A stretch of DNA of 64,000 nt from the IMG/VR virus record IMGVR_UViG_3300045988_074841; one strand, written 5' to 3'. A model generated the notes under the pieces. The model ran no database searches, had not been told where the DNA came from, and saw only the letters and a program-made list of their open reading frames with translations. The position numbers were made by a program, and so were the translations under genes. Positions 20,126-30,129 of the stretch are shown in pieces (within the stretch, counting starts at the first letter, position 1; the number at the start of each line of letters is the position of its first letter). The DNA comes from a virus.

Positions 20126-20410
20126 TTAGTAACAAGCATTTAATTCATTTTGTAATTTTATAGTCCATTCTCTAGCATCTTCTTTATTATCAAATACTAA
20201 AGCTTCTGGAACATTAGGAACACCTTTATTTTCATCAATCATAATAGTGTAATTTACAACACTTTGGTTAGTATCAGCATAACTATTTACAGCACTAACT
20301 GTACCAACAAAGAATTTACCACTAATATGACTAAAAGCTAGTACCTCATCACCAACTTTGTAATGAGGTACTTTAAATTGATTTTCTTTTCCATTAAAAT
20401 TAACTAGCAT
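20126..20410 (-). CDS. Hypothetical protein
   Basis: 94-aa ORF. Confidence 0.45.
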   Translation of the reverse strand: MLVNFNGKENQFKVPHYKVGDEVLAFSHISGKFFVGTVSAVNSYADTNQSVVNYTIMIDENKGVPNVPEALVFDNKEDAREWTIKLQNELNACY

Positions 20411-21452
20411 AAGCTACAACAGAATTAAGTGCTTTATTCATATTATTATTAGCACTACCCCAAACAAGACTATTCATACGTTTCTCACCTTCAAGATTAG
20501 CAACGTTACAATAGAAACCAGTTACAGCATTATATGCACCCCAAGCAGTACCACAAATATCTTTCTGACCAATACCATCATTATAGTAATCCATCATATT
20601 ATAAAGTTGATTAGCTTTACGAGAAGATATTTCAACTGCTTCAAGAAGTCTATAATCACGAGCAACAAGTCTAGCGTAACCTTTATTAGGGTCGTACTGA
20701 TTAATTCGTTCAATCTCAGCAGGAGTAAGTTGCAATTCACAAAGATACTTATAAACTTGTTCATCATTCATCTTAATAGTAGTAAGATGACGATAAAGTT
20801 CTTGAGCATCTAAAGCATGAGAACAAGCAACTTTAAGTACTTGAGCACCAAATTCAAGTTTCTCTTTTATAGACTTAGTATGTCTAAGTCTGATATGACA
20901 AGAAGCTTTATCTAATGCTCCATTAAGCATATTAGTACAAATAACACGAACAGGAGTAATCATAATATCTACAGATGAACCACCATCATGTCCATTACTA
21001 AACACAAGATAGTTATCTATAACATCGTCTTTACTTACAGAAGTTTGTATTGGAAGTTTAGCACTAACATATACTTTCTCTCCCATATTAAGACAAGCAG
21101 CTTTATCCCAAATTGCTTTACCTTCACCAATAGCGTTATTAAAGAAGTTGAAAGCATCCATATTTTGAACAACTTCATACTTATCTTTAACTATACCTAA
21201 AGGATAGTTACAATCTGTACGATAGGTAGCATAAGCGTTAGCACACTCACGATAAATATTACCATCATGTACAAAAGCATCTTCACCTAAATCGTTATTA
21301 CTACCTATTCTAAAAGGCATTTTACCTACAAGTTCACACTTTTGCACAGACCAATCAAGACCTGCTTCTTTCATTACTTCTTGTGCAGTTGCACAACCTG
21401 AAACGTCTTTACCCATAGCCCAAGGAAGACCACCACGATTAAATTTACTCAT
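20400..21452 (-). CDS. Phage/plasmid-related protein, DUF932-like
   Basis: 350 aa. Conserved-looking blocks FSNGHDGGSS, VRVICTNML, LVWGSANN recalled from the DUF932/TIGR03299 family. Memory-based, no search was run. Confidence 0.35.
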   Translation of the reverse strand: MSKFNRGGLPWAMGKDVSGCATAQEVMKEAGLDWSVQKCELVGKMPFRIGSNNDLGEDAFVHDGNIYRECANAYATYRTDCNYPLGIVKDKYEVVQNMDAFNFFNNAIGEGKAIWDKAACLNMGEKVYVSAKLPIQTSVSKDDVIDNYLVFSNGHDGGSSVDIMITPVRVICTNMLNGALDKASCHIRLRHTKSIKEKLEFGAQVLKVACSHALDAQELYRHLTTIKMNDEQVYKYLCELQLTPAEIERINQYDPNKGYARLVARDYRLLEAVEISSRKANQLYNMMDYYNDGIGQKDICGTAWGAYNAVTGFYCNVANLEGEKRMNSLVWGSANNNMNKALNSVVAYAS

Positions 21453-21484
21453 AACTCAGCGTTATTAAATTGTTAAACATTAAA

Positions 21485-21757
21485 TTAAATATTATCAGTA
21501 GGAGGAAGAGCTTCTTGATTATCTTTACTTTCTCCTGTATAGTCAGGATTTAAATCTTTAACGCTCCGTGAATCACGTATTACATTTGAAACAATAAGTT
21601 CTACACTAACTATATGTCTCTTTAGTTCTTCACCATTATATTTAAGATATGAAGCACTACTTGTAGCATCAGATAAATCTTCTGCTAGAATATTAACATT
21701 AAGAAAAGTATTAGCTTTTACTTTAATATTTGTTTTAACGAAATATACATTATACAT
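21485..21757 (-). CDS. Hypothetical protein
   Basis: 90-aa ORF. Confidence 0.4.
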   Translation of the reverse strand: MYNVYFVKTNIKVKANTFLNVNILAEDLSDATSSASYLKYNGEELKRHIVSVELIVSNVIRDSRSVKDLNPDYTGESKDNQEALPPTDNI

Positions 21758-21915
21758 AATATTATTATTTATATTAATAAGACTTTATATTTATACAACC
21801 TAAAGCAGAATCATAATTCACACTATTAGCATATAAATCATCAACCATAACTTGACAGTCTCCATTATTTTCTTGGAGACTGTTAAGTTTTTGTATTAAT
21901 TCTGAAACTCTCATA

Positions 21916-22680
21916 TTATTTGATAGTTAAATTATCATTTTCAACAAGTTTAGCAATATTGGAAACACAACCATCATCTTTGATTTTAACTTTCATAAGT
22001 TTCTTATCAATACTAGGTTTAAATTTCCAACCATAACGATTAACAGCTCCGATATTAGTCATAAGCTGATAACCATCACCCTTGAGAAGGTCTGTAAGTT
22101 TAACTGGAACAGTAACCTCAATATTAACATCATCAAGGTCTTCTATTTCAATTTCACTACATTCGTAATTACCAGAATCTTTAGCAGTATTAACAATAGC
22201 ATCAAGTAATGCTTGTTCGTCTACAGAAGAATTTTGATTAAGAGTACCGGTATATATACCATTAGCAAAAGTTACTTTAAGCATATCATTAATAGCTTCG
22301 AGTTTCTTACTATTAACTTCAATAGTTTCGCTTTTACGAATAGTTACTTTACCAGTACCCCAATCAATCCACTTCTTACCTCTCTTATCTTCTGTACCAT
22401 AATTTTTAATAGCAAAGAGAACAAGATTAGTAAGACCTTTAATTGTATTCTCTTTAGACTTCTTGAGTCTAGAAAGTCTATCAGTTTCAGACTTAATAGC
22501 AAGAATATCAGCATTCAAATTATTAATAAAGTTAGTTATATTCCTAACTTTATTAGTCATTTCTTGACCATTAATTTCAAGCTTTTCTTCTATTTCTGGA
22601 GTTATTTCTCCACCTGCTTCTTCAATCTCATCATAAAGAGAATATAATTCTCTATCAATATCAAAAATACTTTTTCCCAT
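21916..22680 (-). CDS. Hypothetical protein with an N-terminal coiled coil (possibly recombination-associated, Gp157-like)
   Basis: 254-aa ORF with heptad-rich N-terminus. The assignment is speculative. Confidence 0.4.
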   Translation of the reverse strand: MGKSIFDIDRELYSLYDEIEEAGGEITPEIEEKLEINGQEMTNKVRNITNFINNLNADILAIKSETDRLSRLKKSKENTIKGLTNLVLFAIKNYGTEDKRGKKWIDWGTGKVTIRKSETIEVNSKKLEAINDMLKVTFANGIYTGTLNQNSSVDEQALLDAIVNTAKDSGNYECSEIEIEDLDDVNIEVTVPVKLTDLLKGDGYQLMTNIGAVNRYGWKFKPSIDKKLMKVKIKDDGCVSNIAKLVENDNLTIK

Positions 22681-22689
22681 ATTACTTAA

Positions 22690-22878
22690 TTATTTAATAG
22701 TTAAAGCTATATCTGCTTTATGAGTAATTTTACAATCTTCAACAGCAGAATAATTACGACCTACAGTAACACGAATTTCAACTTCAGGATTAGCTATTTC
22801 AAAATCACTAATTAACTTGAGAATAGCATTCTCTAAAGTCTTTGCATTCTTCTTAACTTCATTAATTGTCTTTTCCAT
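22690..22878 (-). CDS. Hypothetical small protein
   Basis: 62-aa ORF packed tightly between genes. Confidence 0.35.
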   Translation of the reverse strand: MEKTINEVKKNAKTLENAILKLISDFEIANPEVEIRVTVGRNYSAVEDCKITHKADIALTIK

Positions 22879-22882
22879 AATT

Positions 22883-23098
22883 TTATAAGTTTAAATGAGT
22901 TTCTACATTATTTACTACACACAAAGGACATTCGTCAGTTAGCATGAATACAGTTTCAGCAGAACAATAACCGTTTGATTCAAGCCAATCTACAGCTCTT
23001 TCATTATCATCAGCAGCAGTTTTGTTTTCTGCGAAATCTTCAGTTACATCAACAACTTCAATTTGTCCAGCATTATAATTTAAAATACTTATCCACAT
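22883..23098 (-). CDS. Hypothetical small protein
   Basis: 71-aa ORF. Confidence 0.35.
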   Translation of the reverse strand: MWISILNYNAGQIEVVDVTEDFAENKTAADDNERAVDWLESNGYCSAETVFMLTDECPLCVVNNVETHLNL

Positions 23099-24117
23099 GT
23101 TGTATAATTAATTAAATTTTTAACTTTATCAGCAAGTTCTTTAGCCATAGGATGAGGAGCTCCACTAACACCATTAGAACGTAAATCAATATAATGCTCC
23201 CAATCATCAACAAAAGCAGTATGAACTACTTGAGTTTTAGTATTAAGAGGAAGAATTTCTCTAGCTTGTTGTGCAGTCCAACCAAGTTCACGAGTTTTAC
23301 GATAAACTAAATCACAAATTTGAAGACCATATAAAAACCAATCTACAGCAACCCAATTATAAGTATTCTTAGCTTCAATAAGATGAGTAGATTTATCATA
23401 AATTTCTTCATCACTATAAAAACCATTATTATACGTAGTTACATTAAATTCGTCATTAGTATCTATAGTTTTAATCCAAGGAAGTTTAGCAACAGTTATT
23501 CCATTACCAAATTTACCTTTATCATAAGCACAATATCTAGTACTTTCTTCACTAATACTATTAACTCTATGACGATTAAGTTCACGACTAGCACCAATAT
23601 CTGTTATAAAACAAACAGTAGGTCTTGGAATATAGTAAGGACAATTAGGAGTTTCATCTATGAAATCAAGAGTATCAACAGCATAATTTTCTATTATTAC
23701 TCTAAGATTTGTAGTAACATAATTATAACCATTATGATTATTAATTCTACTATATTTATTATGTGAATATGTATTTACACACATATCAACAGCACTAGGA
23801 ATAAAAGTAGGAAATTTAAGATGAACTGTTGCATGTTCACAACAACTTAAATGAAGACTTGTTAAATCTACATCACCATAAGAATTTTGAGCAAGTATTC
23901 GTTCAAATCTGTTATTAACATTTATCTTACTATAACCAAGGAAATCATGTCCTTTAAAAATAGTTCTAACAAGAAAATCATAGGCATTTTCATCTTTATT
24001 TTTAGGAGTACTTTGATAGCAAACACGAGCACATCTAGCTACATGTTTAAAAATACTCTCTAAATCATAACCATCTTGTTTCCAAAGTTCAACACTAGGA
24101 TTTACAACTTTAATCAT
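23089..24117 (-). CDS. thyX: Flavin-dependent thymidylate synthase ThyX
   Basis: ThyX signature RHRxxSxxxxSxRY present as NRHRVNSISEESTRYCAY. Confidence 0.8.
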   Translation of the reverse strand: MIKVVNPSVELWKQDGYDLESIFKHVARCARVCYQSTPKNKDENAYDFLVRTIFKGHDFLGYSKINVNNRFERILAQNSYGDVDLTSLHLSCCEHATVHLKFPTFIPSAVDMCVNTYSHNKYSRINNHNGYNYVTTNLRVIIENYAVDTLDFIDETPNCPYYIPRPTVCFITDIGASRELNRHRVNSISEESTRYCAYDKGKFGNGITVAKLPWIKTIDTNDEFNVTTYNNGFYSDEEIYDKSTHLIEAKNTYNWVAVDWFLYGLQICDLVYRKTRELGWTAQQAREILPLNTKTQVVHTAFVDDWEHYIDLRSNGVSGAPHPMAKELADKVKNLINYTTCG

Positions 24118-24122
24118 ATTAT

Positions 24123-24773
24123 TTACTTTTTATGTTTAACAAAATCTTTTCCAGCAGCATATTCTTCAGGAGAAATAGCTACTACATTTTCTTTATTTTC
24201 ACTAGTAACAGGAATTTCTTTATTGTCAGCAGATAAATTATACACATATCCATCTTCGTCTTTACAAAGATGGTCAAAACCATAGGTAGCTATAATTTCA
24301 TTAGTTACATCTTGTCTACTAGTTACTTCAATAAGAACAAGTTTATCTGTTTTAACAAGAGTAGAAATATCAATGAAAGTTGACTCTACCCGCCCCGTAG
24401 AAGGTATGGTAGGTTCATGCCCATCATTACTAGCTTGCCAAGCTAATAACATATTACAATAATTACCTAAATCTTGAATAGTATCAAACATACTTTCATC
24501 TTCAACATTAGGATTATTATAACCATTAAAATCATCTTCAATAAGATGAACTAAACGATTAGCTTTATCATACATTCTAGCTAGACCATATCTATAGCCT
24601 AGTTTATCACAACCTTTATTGAAAGCATTACCATAATCAGCATTTTTCTTAGCCATAAGATTAAGCATTTTATTTTGCTGGTCACGTAATGCAACAACTT
24701 CAGGAGTTACAAGATGTTTTGGAACTACTCCATTAAGAGCAGCTTTCCAATAATTTAAATCACTTTCTGTCAT
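24123..24773 (-). CDS. Hypothetical nucleotide-metabolism-associated protein
   Basis: 216 aa next to thyX. Carries a motif copy in frame as PSTGRVEST. Confidence 0.4.
   Translation of the reverse strand: MTESDLNYWKAALNGVVPKHLVTPEVVALRDQQNKMLNLMAKKNADYGNAFNKGCDKLGYRYGLARMYDKANRLVHLIEDDFNGYNNPNVEDESMFDTIQDLGNYCNMLLAWQASNDGHEPTIPSTGRVESTFIDISTLVKTDKLVLIEVTSRQDVTNEIIATYGFDHLCKDEDGYVYNLSADNKEIPVTSENKENVVAISPEEYAAGKDFVKHKK
24390..24403 (-). repeat. Motif copy inside gene 24123-24773
   Basis: STGRVEST. Confidence 0.8.
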
Positions 24774-24779
24774 AACTAA

Positions 24780-25046
24780 TTAATTAATACTTATAAGTTT
24801 ATTTTCTACACACCAATTAAAAGCTAATGAAATAACTCTTTCAGGAGTATTAGCTTCAAAATCTTTAATAGTACAAAAATCTTCATCAACCCACATGATA
24901 ATATAGTCATCATTTTCATGAATTAATGCAGGTTTTGCACCATCTTTATTAACAACATAAATGTCTGTATCATCCGTTTTACTAATAGAAGGAAGAGAAG
25001 TAAACATTTTCATTGCTAATGCTAATAAACTATCATTAGTTAACAT
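24780..25046 (-). CDS. Hypothetical protein (paralog of the disrupted gene upstream)
   Basis: 88 aa. AFNWCVENKL / YIIMWVDED align with the AFKWCLDKGL / YAIDWIGDEGD frame at 25056-25365. Confidence 0.45.
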   Translation of the reverse strand: MLTNDSLLALAMKMFTSLPSISKTDDTDIYVVNKDGAKPALIHENDDYIIMWVDEDFCTIKDFEANTPERVISLAFNWCVENKLISIN

Positions 25047-25055
25047 AATTCTTAT

Positions 25056-25530
25056 TTTATATAAGTAGGATTTATTATAAGACCTTTATCTAAACACCAT
25101 TTAAAAGCATTTCTAATAGCTTGTTCTGGAGTAATACCACTAATATAATGAAGTGAATCTCCTTCATCACCTATCCAATCAATAGCATATTTATCTTCAA
25201 AACAATAAAGCTGAGGAATGTAACCACGGTCTTTTTCACATGTTACAAAATTATCAGCTTTTTCTTCTATTGTAATACATGGAAGTTGAATAAATAATAG
25301 AAATTCATCAGCAGCTTCAAAATCAGTTTTTAACTGTATATGAAGTCTTCCTGTAGTATCTAAACATCTGTTATTGGAAACATTTCTCTTTCTAGTAATT
25401 CGTTAGGAATTTCATGAGCCATTCCTTCATAAATACTAACTGAATAATGAGAATCTTTTGGGTCTGTTTCTTCAAATACAACTAGAGCATTATGAGAAAC
25501 AGTTACATCAATAGCATTTTTTAATTTCAT
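25056..25530 (-). pseudogene. Frameshifted paralog. A 56-codon ATG-started frame (25360-25530) is followed by about 100 codons open in the -1 frame with no start codon.
   Basis: Manual translation. Frame A is MKLKNAIDV...FPITDV*. Frame B is RITRKRNVSNNRCLDTTGRLHIQL...AFKWCLDKGLII*. No ATG, GTG or TTG in frame B. It is homologous to the 24780-25046 product. Confidence 0.45.
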
Positions 25531-25541
25531 AATTTTACTTT

Positions 25542-25799
25542 TTAAATTTCACTAATTTGTTTCTTAATATTCTCTATTTCTCCTTTAACTTCAATACGTA
25601 TGATATTTTCATACTTTGCCAAGATGTCTTTTATAGGAGACAAATCTTCAAGGTTACAAAGACTATCTCTATTACCTAAGTAACCTTTCTTATAATAAGA
25701 AAGATGAGTGTCATTGTTATCTAACATATGATACACTCCTTTCAACTCATTTAATCTCTTATCAAGAGAAATAACTTCATTGTACTGTTCTTCTGTCAT
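25542..25799 (-). CDS. Hypothetical coiled-coil protein
   Basis: 85-aa ORF. Confidence 0.4.
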   Translation of the reverse strand: MTEEQYNEVISLDKRLNELKGVYHMLDNNDTHLSYYKKGYLGNRDSLCNLEDLSPIKDILAKYENIIRIEVKGEIENIKKQISEI

Positions 25800-25817
25800 A
25801 ATTGTTATTTTATTAAG

Positions 25818-27290
25818 TTAAATATCCATTGTTCCTACAGCTTCAATAGTTCTTCCACTAGGTAAATGAATCAAATGATTCTCCATACATTCAGCAGTAG
25901 TTTTATCTAGAGGAAAACTAAGTCTATCTTGCAGATTATAATATCTAGCAAAATCTTTAATATCATCAAACCAAAGAGTATGACAACCTATTCTAAATCT
26001 CCATTCTTTATATCCTAGAAAATCAGATTTATCTTTATAATGAGTAATATCGACATATTTATCTGAATAGTCAATTCTTGAAACACAGAAAGAACCAATT
26101 CTAAACTTATCATATTTAAAGACAAATTCAGTTTTACCGCTAAGAATATAATTAGTATAAAGCTGATTAAATATATTAATAGCAGTTTCTAAAGGAACTA
26201 AAGCACCTCTACTAGTTTCAACCCAATTAGGTTTATTAGGTTTAAGTCTAAGTTGAGTATTAGGAAACATAGTATGATACAATACACTATCCATAGCTTT
26301 AATTTCTCTAGTATCAGGATTTGAATAATACATAGTATAATGGATTTCTTGTTTTGTACCTCCTTTTCTCCATTCATCAATAGTTTGATTAGCTTTAGCT
26401 AAAGCTGCTTTATAATTATTTTCAGTTTTAATATTATATTCAGCTTCTCTTTTACGAAAAGCTTCTTCTTCAGCTTTATCTTTAGCTTCTACTTCTGCAA
26501 CATATTCATTAGACCATTTCTTGTTAAGCTCTGCCCAACTAATTCCTTTATGAAGACAAAACTTAGTATAGAACTTACATTTCTTAATATACTCTTTTTG
26601 CTCATCAGTAAATAGAGCATCATTAAGAATAGCATTAATTGAAGGAAAATCAACTTTATAGCTATTAATCCAAAATCCTTTATCAGATAAAGGCTTACAT
26701 TTAGGAATAAACTTATATTTATCTACAAGAGTTTTAATAGCTATAAAATATTCATTTCTTTTATTTGCTATAAAACTATGGTCAGGAATTTGTTTACTTA
26801 TAGAACTAAGTACTTTATATTCATGTCCAAAAGTCTCAAGATACTTCTTAATAAGATACTTTGCATACATTTTAATAAGTATCTTTTTGTTCTTTGGTTC
26901 AGTTATATCATAAATAGGAATATCTTCTTCTGTTTTATAAATAGCATAACCTGCTGGAAGACCACGTTCAATATCCCAATCATATTCAGTTCCTTCTTTA
27001 ATTACAGCTATTTTACGTTTACGGTCAATACGAGCCATACAAGAACCTTTAAGACCTCCACACCAGCCTTCTTTATCCCAATTATTTTTAATATAATCAG
27101 GAGTAAGTTTTTCAGCTAGACCTTTTCCTCTATGAAAGAAATAACCATAAGCAAAACAATAGCAGTGATAACTACTATCATAATATCCATACTCATCACG
27201 ATGAATACCTTCATGGATACCTTCACTTTTAGTAATAGCATGTCTAACTCTTTGTTTCTTAGGTTCAGCACCTACTTTACTTTTAGTCAT
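25818..27290 (-). CDS. Hypothetical replication-module protein (possible initiator or primase-like)
   Basis: 490-aa ORF. His/Cys cluster HCYCFAYGYFFH. Function not recognisable by eye. Confidence 0.45.
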   Translation of the reverse strand: MTKSKVGAEPKKQRVRHAITKSEGIHEGIHRDEYGYYDSSYHCYCFAYGYFFHRGKGLAEKLTPDYIKNNWDKEGWCGGLKGSCMARIDRKRKIAVIKEGTEYDWDIERGLPAGYAIYKTEEDIPIYDITEPKNKKILIKMYAKYLIKKYLETFGHEYKVLSSISKQIPDHSFIANKRNEYFIAIKTLVDKYKFIPKCKPLSDKGFWINSYKVDFPSINAILNDALFTDEQKEYIKKCKFYTKFCLHKGISWAELNKKWSNEYVAEVEAKDKAEEEAFRKREAEYNIKTENNYKAALAKANQTIDEWRKGGTKQEIHYTMYYSNPDTREIKAMDSVLYHTMFPNTQLRLKPNKPNWVETSRGALVPLETAINIFNQLYTNYILSGKTEFVFKYDKFRIGSFCVSRIDYSDKYVDITHYKDKSDFLGYKEWRFRIGCHTLWFDDIKDFARYYNLQDRLSFPLDKTTAECMENHLIHLPSGRTIEAVGTMDI

Positions 27291-27569
27291 AATTTTATTT
27301 TTTTAAATGTTCTACAATAAGTACATTATTTTAAATTGCATGATTGCGAATAGCATAATAAATAAGCATTAAAATTCCTATTATTACATAAGGTATAATA
27401 ATAACGAAACAACCAAAGCAACCACTATTGTAATCTTCATTAGTCATATTATTAAGTTATTTAATATTTTAATTTTGTTTCTAACGAATTGAATTTAGTT
27501 ATATGAATAACTAATAAGCGAGCATAATAAAGCCGCTCACACATGAAGTAAAGTGGAAATCTGCCACAT

Positions 27570-27584
27570 TCTTCTACGGGGCGG
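27570..27584 (+). repeat. Dispersed GC-rich motif copy, intergenic
   Basis: Exact tcttctacggggcgg. Confidence 0.8.
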
Positions 27585-27600
27585 CTCTAGCAATTTGATG

Positions 27601-27957
27601 TTATATGTTCAACTGATACACTTCACCATCAGGTTGAGCATCAACAAGTTTAACTTCAACATTAGTATCTACAGTCATAGTATTAAGAATAGAATCTTCA
27701 ATAACTTCTTTAGGAATAGAAAACTTTAATCTACTATAATTATCTTTATTAGTTATACTAAATCTACCATCAACATTATTCATGCTAACAGCTAGAAAAT
27801 AATCATCTCGTTTAATAGTTTCATTCCATCGTTTCATAAACTTATAGAACATTCTAAACTTTATTTCTCGACTATATAATCTTTTAAACTTTGGAGAATA
27901 CCAAGTTTTATGTTTATCTAATTCTTCTTTTACATTATCATAAGCATTTAAATTCAT
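27601..27957 (-). CDS. Hypothetical protein
   Basis: 118-aa ORF. Confidence 0.45.
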   Translation of the reverse strand: MNLNAYDNVKEELDKHKTWYSPKFKRLYSREIKFRMFYKFMKRWNETIKRDDYFLAVSMNNVDGRFSITNKDNYSRLKFSIPKEVIEDSILNTMTVDTNVEVKLVDAQPDGEVYQLNI

Positions 27958-27965
27958 TGTTATAT

Positions 27966-29165
27966 TTACTTTTGAATGTCCACTAATTTACAATGAAAAG
28001 GCACGTTCTTTACACCCGACCTTTCACGAAACTCACAAGTTGCAAGTTTACCAATAAAATCTTCTTTATGTTTAAGAATATATTCTTGTCTTGAATGGTC
28101 AAAATTACCAGTAGCTTCAAATAGTTCATCATTGATGTCATTTTTAAGAACAAACTTACAAAGTGTAGTTCTAACTCCTTCAGGAACAACATCAATAATT
28201 TTAAACTTAGCATCATCAACTCGTTTATATTTAAGCATAGCTAAATTACGAGCACCAAATTGATAAGCAGAATCAACATCACGAATAATAAGACCTTCAA
28301 AACCAAGACTTATAAATTTATCTCTAAATCTTGTAGCATCATCAATATTACTAATAACTACATCTGGTAATAATACAAGTTTACTCTTGTTATTAAGATG
28401 CTGTTCATAAGTATCAAAAGTATAACATAGTCTACTTATGTTATCATTCTTAAACTTACGTCTAGCTTCATAACTCATATTATCAATAGCAATATCATAA
28501 CACCAATACTGAAGAAGTAGATGTTGAGGAAGTTTTTCATTCTTAACAAAACTATTAATATCATTTACTTTATAACCAGGAATATAAAGTTCACCATCAA
28601 GGCAAGCTCCTTCTTCAATCATAGCATCAAGTAAATCATCTTTAATAGCTGGAAGAATTACTTCATCCATCCAAGTAAGTTTAGGAGTCCAATCAGTACC
28701 TTCTCTAGAACGATAAGTAAGTCTAACAGGATTAAACATATCATTAGTTTGTTCAGCACCAACAATACATCTAACTCCATTAATTTTATATTGACCTAAG
28801 TAACTACGTTTATCAAAAGGTTTATTATCTTTAAGTACTTTTGCAAGCATTGGAAGAACAAAACCTTCATCAGTAGTATTATTCTTTGGAAGATAAGTAT
28901 TAAGATAATTAATTAAACTAACATAATCAGGAAAACTTTCAGGAGCATTATCTTTAAGCTCAGAAACTTCTTTATATCCTTCTTTACGTTTAGCTTTAAT
29001 ACGAGACTCAATCTCATTACCTTTAACTAACTTTCTAGCAACTTCTTCATCGTGAACAGTAGCTCCAGCTACTAAACCATATTTCAAAGATATGTTACCA
29101 TTAGGAAGTTCAGATATATCCCAAAATTGAGGTTCGCCTTTAGCGTTTCTTTTATATAGTCTCAT
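27966..29165 (-). CDS. ATP-dependent DNA ligase (motif I reads KINGVR, D to N variant)
   Basis: Nucleotidyltransferase motifs: motif I KxDGxR-like (KINGVRCIV), motif IV EGLIIRD, motif V LAMLKYK. About 400 aa, like T7-type ligases. Confidence 0.6.
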   Translation of the reverse strand: MRLYKRNAKGEPQFWDISELPNGNISLKYGLVAGATVHDEEVARKLVKGNEIESRIKAKRKEGYKEVSELKDNAPESFPDYVSLINYLNTYLPKNNTTDEGFVLPMLAKVLKDNKPFDKRSYLGQYKINGVRCIVGAEQTNDMFNPVRLTYRSREGTDWTPKLTWMDEVILPAIKDDLLDAMIEEGACLDGELYIPGYKVNDINSFVKNEKLPQHLLLQYWCYDIAIDNMSYEARRKFKNDNISRLCYTFDTYEQHLNNKSKLVLLPDVVISNIDDATRFRDKFISLGFEGLIIRDVDSAYQFGARNLAMLKYKRVDDAKFKIIDVVPEGVRTTLCKFVLKNDINDELFEATGNFDHSRQEYILKHKEDFIGKLATCEFRERSGVKNVPFHCKLVDIQK

Positions 29166-29659
29166 ATATTAATTTTAAGTTTACTAATAAGTTTAGCTCT
29201 AGCTTGAGCATTTAACTGAGCAGCACTTTGAGTTTTCTCTTTCTTAGGTTTTTCAAAACCATCAAGAGTTCCTTCTTTAGCTTTCTTTTTAGTAGTACGA
29301 GTAGTCTTCTTTAAACCTTTCTTCTTGTCATATATGATAGGAGGATTATCTTCTTCATATTTAAGATTACGTTTATGTAAAGCTACAAGTTTAGAAACAT
29401 ATTCGTCTCTTTTATTTTCATCAATCCACCCTTGTTCAAGAGCATAATTAATTCCATACAGAGTACGACTAACTTCATATTGATAAGGAGTACCAATAGT
29501 TTGCATCATTCTCATATCATCTTTAATACGAGAACAATCAAGACGAACACAAGCTTTAGCAACAAATTCATCAGCACCACAAGTACTAATATCTTTGATA
29601 GCCATAACTTTAACTTGTTCATCTATTACCATAGTATAAGCTTTTGGAAATCTTACCAT
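29162..29659 (-). CDS. Hypothetical protein with a lysine-rich C-terminus (possibly DNA-binding)
   Basis: 165-aa ORF with a K-rich tail. Confidence 0.4.
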   Translation of the reverse strand: MVRFPKAYTMVIDEQVKVMAIKDISTCGADEFVAKACVRLDCSRIKDDMRMMQTIGTPYQYEVSRTLYGINYALEQGWIDENKRDEYVSKLVALHKRNLKYEEDNPPIIYDKKKGLKKTTRTTKKKAKEGTLDGFEKPKKEKTQSAAQLNAQARAKLISKLKINI

Positions 29660-30129
29660 TGTTTAGCTATTAATCTGAATATTACAACTTTATCTGGTTT
29701 ACCTAGACGACCATGAGCATATTGAGCCATAGCACCAATATCATCAGTTTCTCTAGTTTGATACATTTTTGTAGGAGTTTTACAAGTATGAGTATCATAA
29801 TCGTAATTAAGAGGAATATGAACAACATCTTTAAAAGGAATTAATTCGTTTAAAGCATCATAATCTTCAGTACCATCATGAAAATCTACTTCTCCATACG
29901 AAAATATATTGTCTTTATCAAGATCAAAAGTAATACCACCTCTAGTTATAGAAATAGCTCTACCTTTATCAAGTAGAGCTTCTTCTTTGTCACTTATCCA
30001 AGTCATAAGAATACGAGTTTGTGATTTTATTTTATTACCAGCTTTCTCAGTATGGCAAATCACAGTCTGATAATCTTTTGAAATAGGCATCGGTATTACT
30101 CTTATCTTTTCTGTATCGGATTTCGACAT
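29653..30129 (-). CDS. Hypothetical protein. Overlaps the upstream gene by 83 nt. The real start may be an internal Met, for example at 30006.
   Basis: 158-aa ORF. The overlap is unusual. Confidence 0.4.
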   Translation of the reverse strand: MSKSDTEKIRVIPMPISKDYQTVICHTEKAGNKIKSQTRILMTWISDKEEALLDKGRAISITRGGITFDLDKDNIFSYGEVDFHDGTEDYDALNELIPFKDVVHIPLNYDYDTHTCKTPTKMYQTRETDDIGAMAQYAHGRLGKPDKVVIFRLIAKQW

